DNA from: Mustelus asterias
Lineage: Eukaryota
Direction of reading: 5' to 3'
DNA: 60,137 bases
Assembly: GCF_964213995.1 (NCBI RefSeq)
Contig: NW_027590591.1
Coordinates: forward strand, 186,001 to 246,137
Shown: positions 59,436 to 60,137 of the stretch, piece after piece
Layout: each line of letters opens with the position of its first letter
How positions within the stretch are numbered: position 1 is the first letter of the stretch
The notes under the pieces: generated by a model
What the model saw: only the letters and a program-made list of their open reading frames with translations
What the model was told of the DNA's origin: nothing
Databases searched by the model: none
Translations under genes and position numbers: made by a program

Positions 59436-59693
59436 CAATCAGCCTGCGAGCTGCCTGTATAATTGCCTCTGCTACGAGCGGTGCGAATGCGCCGTAACGG
59501 ATGTACTGTTTGATCAGCCTCTCATTCGCATTGAGACTCTGGACCAATGGTTCTGCTACTGGCTTCACGGCCAGGAACTGATTGGTGGAATAGTCGAATC
59601 GGATAAACTCTGTCCCGTCGTAAGCGGCACTCAGCTTTGTGGCTGGGGTTTGGGAATTATCGAAGGTGAGCATGAACTGGGTGATGTGTGTCC
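59436..59693 (-). CDS. MHC-family gene (probable W-category beta chain), membrane-distal beta1/alpha2-like exon
   Basis: Acceptor cttttccctccatccAG, donor GTAAGT, 258 bp, phase 1-1. Encodes (G)THITQFMLTFDNSQTPATKLSAAYDGTEFIRFDYSTNQFLAVKPVAEPLVQSLNANERLIKQYIRYGAFAPLVAEAIIQAARRLI, which aligns by eye to class I alpha2 (GSHTLQxM...AYDGKD) and class II beta1 (EYVRFDSDVGEYRAV). Confidence 0.85.
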
Positions 59694-59837
59694 CTGGATG
59701 GAGGGAAAAGCGAGGCAGTTAGTCTGAGTAACAAACCCCCATTCCGAATCCAACCACCACAGCTGGCCTTTCCCTCTGCAATCCCCCCCTCCCCCACAAA
59801 TTCCTTCCCTTCATTGACTATGTTGGGGGTAGGATTA

Positions 59838-60137
59838 GTTTGTGGATGACAGTAAGATTGTCCGGGTGGCTAAGAGTGAGGCGGAGTGTCTTGGGCTACA
59901 AGAATTTATAGATGGAATGCTCAAATGGGCGGATAAGTGGCGGATGGAATTTAACCCTGAAAAGTGTGAGGTGTTCCACTTCGGAAGGAATAAATTGACA
60001 AGGAAGAACTCAATGAATGGTAGGACACTGGGAAGTTCTGTGGAACAAAGGGATCTTGGCATTTTATCCACAGATCTCTGAAAGCGGAAGGGCGTGTTAG
60101 TAGGGTGGTGAAAAAGGCAGATGGGACAATCGCCTTT
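59838..60137 (+). mobile_element. CR1 RT fragment
   Basis: WADKWRMEFNPEKC; similar to 41666-41955. Confidence 0.85.

Overview
Repeat-dense shark (elasmobranch) genomic DNA, judged from HE1-type SINEs, CR1 LINEs, Penelope-like elements (PLEs) and Rex1/Babar-like fragments. Most ORF-track entries are retroelement pieces or repeat artefacts. Two spliced immune genes lie on the minus strand in short unique islands; I rebuilt them from GT-AG sites and phase continuity. (1) An MHC-family gene with exons 59693-59436 (peptide-binding-type domain), 46355-46074 (Ig C1), 45317-45213 (TM) and probable cytoplasmic exon(s) at 44051-44012 and/or from 41315. Its membrane-distal domain has class I alpha2-type interface residues (GTHITQ...AAYDGTE), class II beta1-like segments and no cysteines; its Ig domain is class I alpha3-like. 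This best fits a W-category beta chain (WB), although a divergent class I gene with alpha1 beyond the window is not excluded. (2) About 26 kb downstream, a SIT1/TRAT1-like transmembrane adaptor with exons 15499-15457, 13835-13719, 9289-9253, 6537-6470 and 3836-3784, continuing off the window; it carries an EDSPVYGNINY motif. Also present: minimal hammerhead-ribozyme motifs in PLE termini, deeply nested retroelements including an intact CR1 ORF2, several retroposon-derived minisatellites, palindromes/MITEs and two CTCF-like sites.
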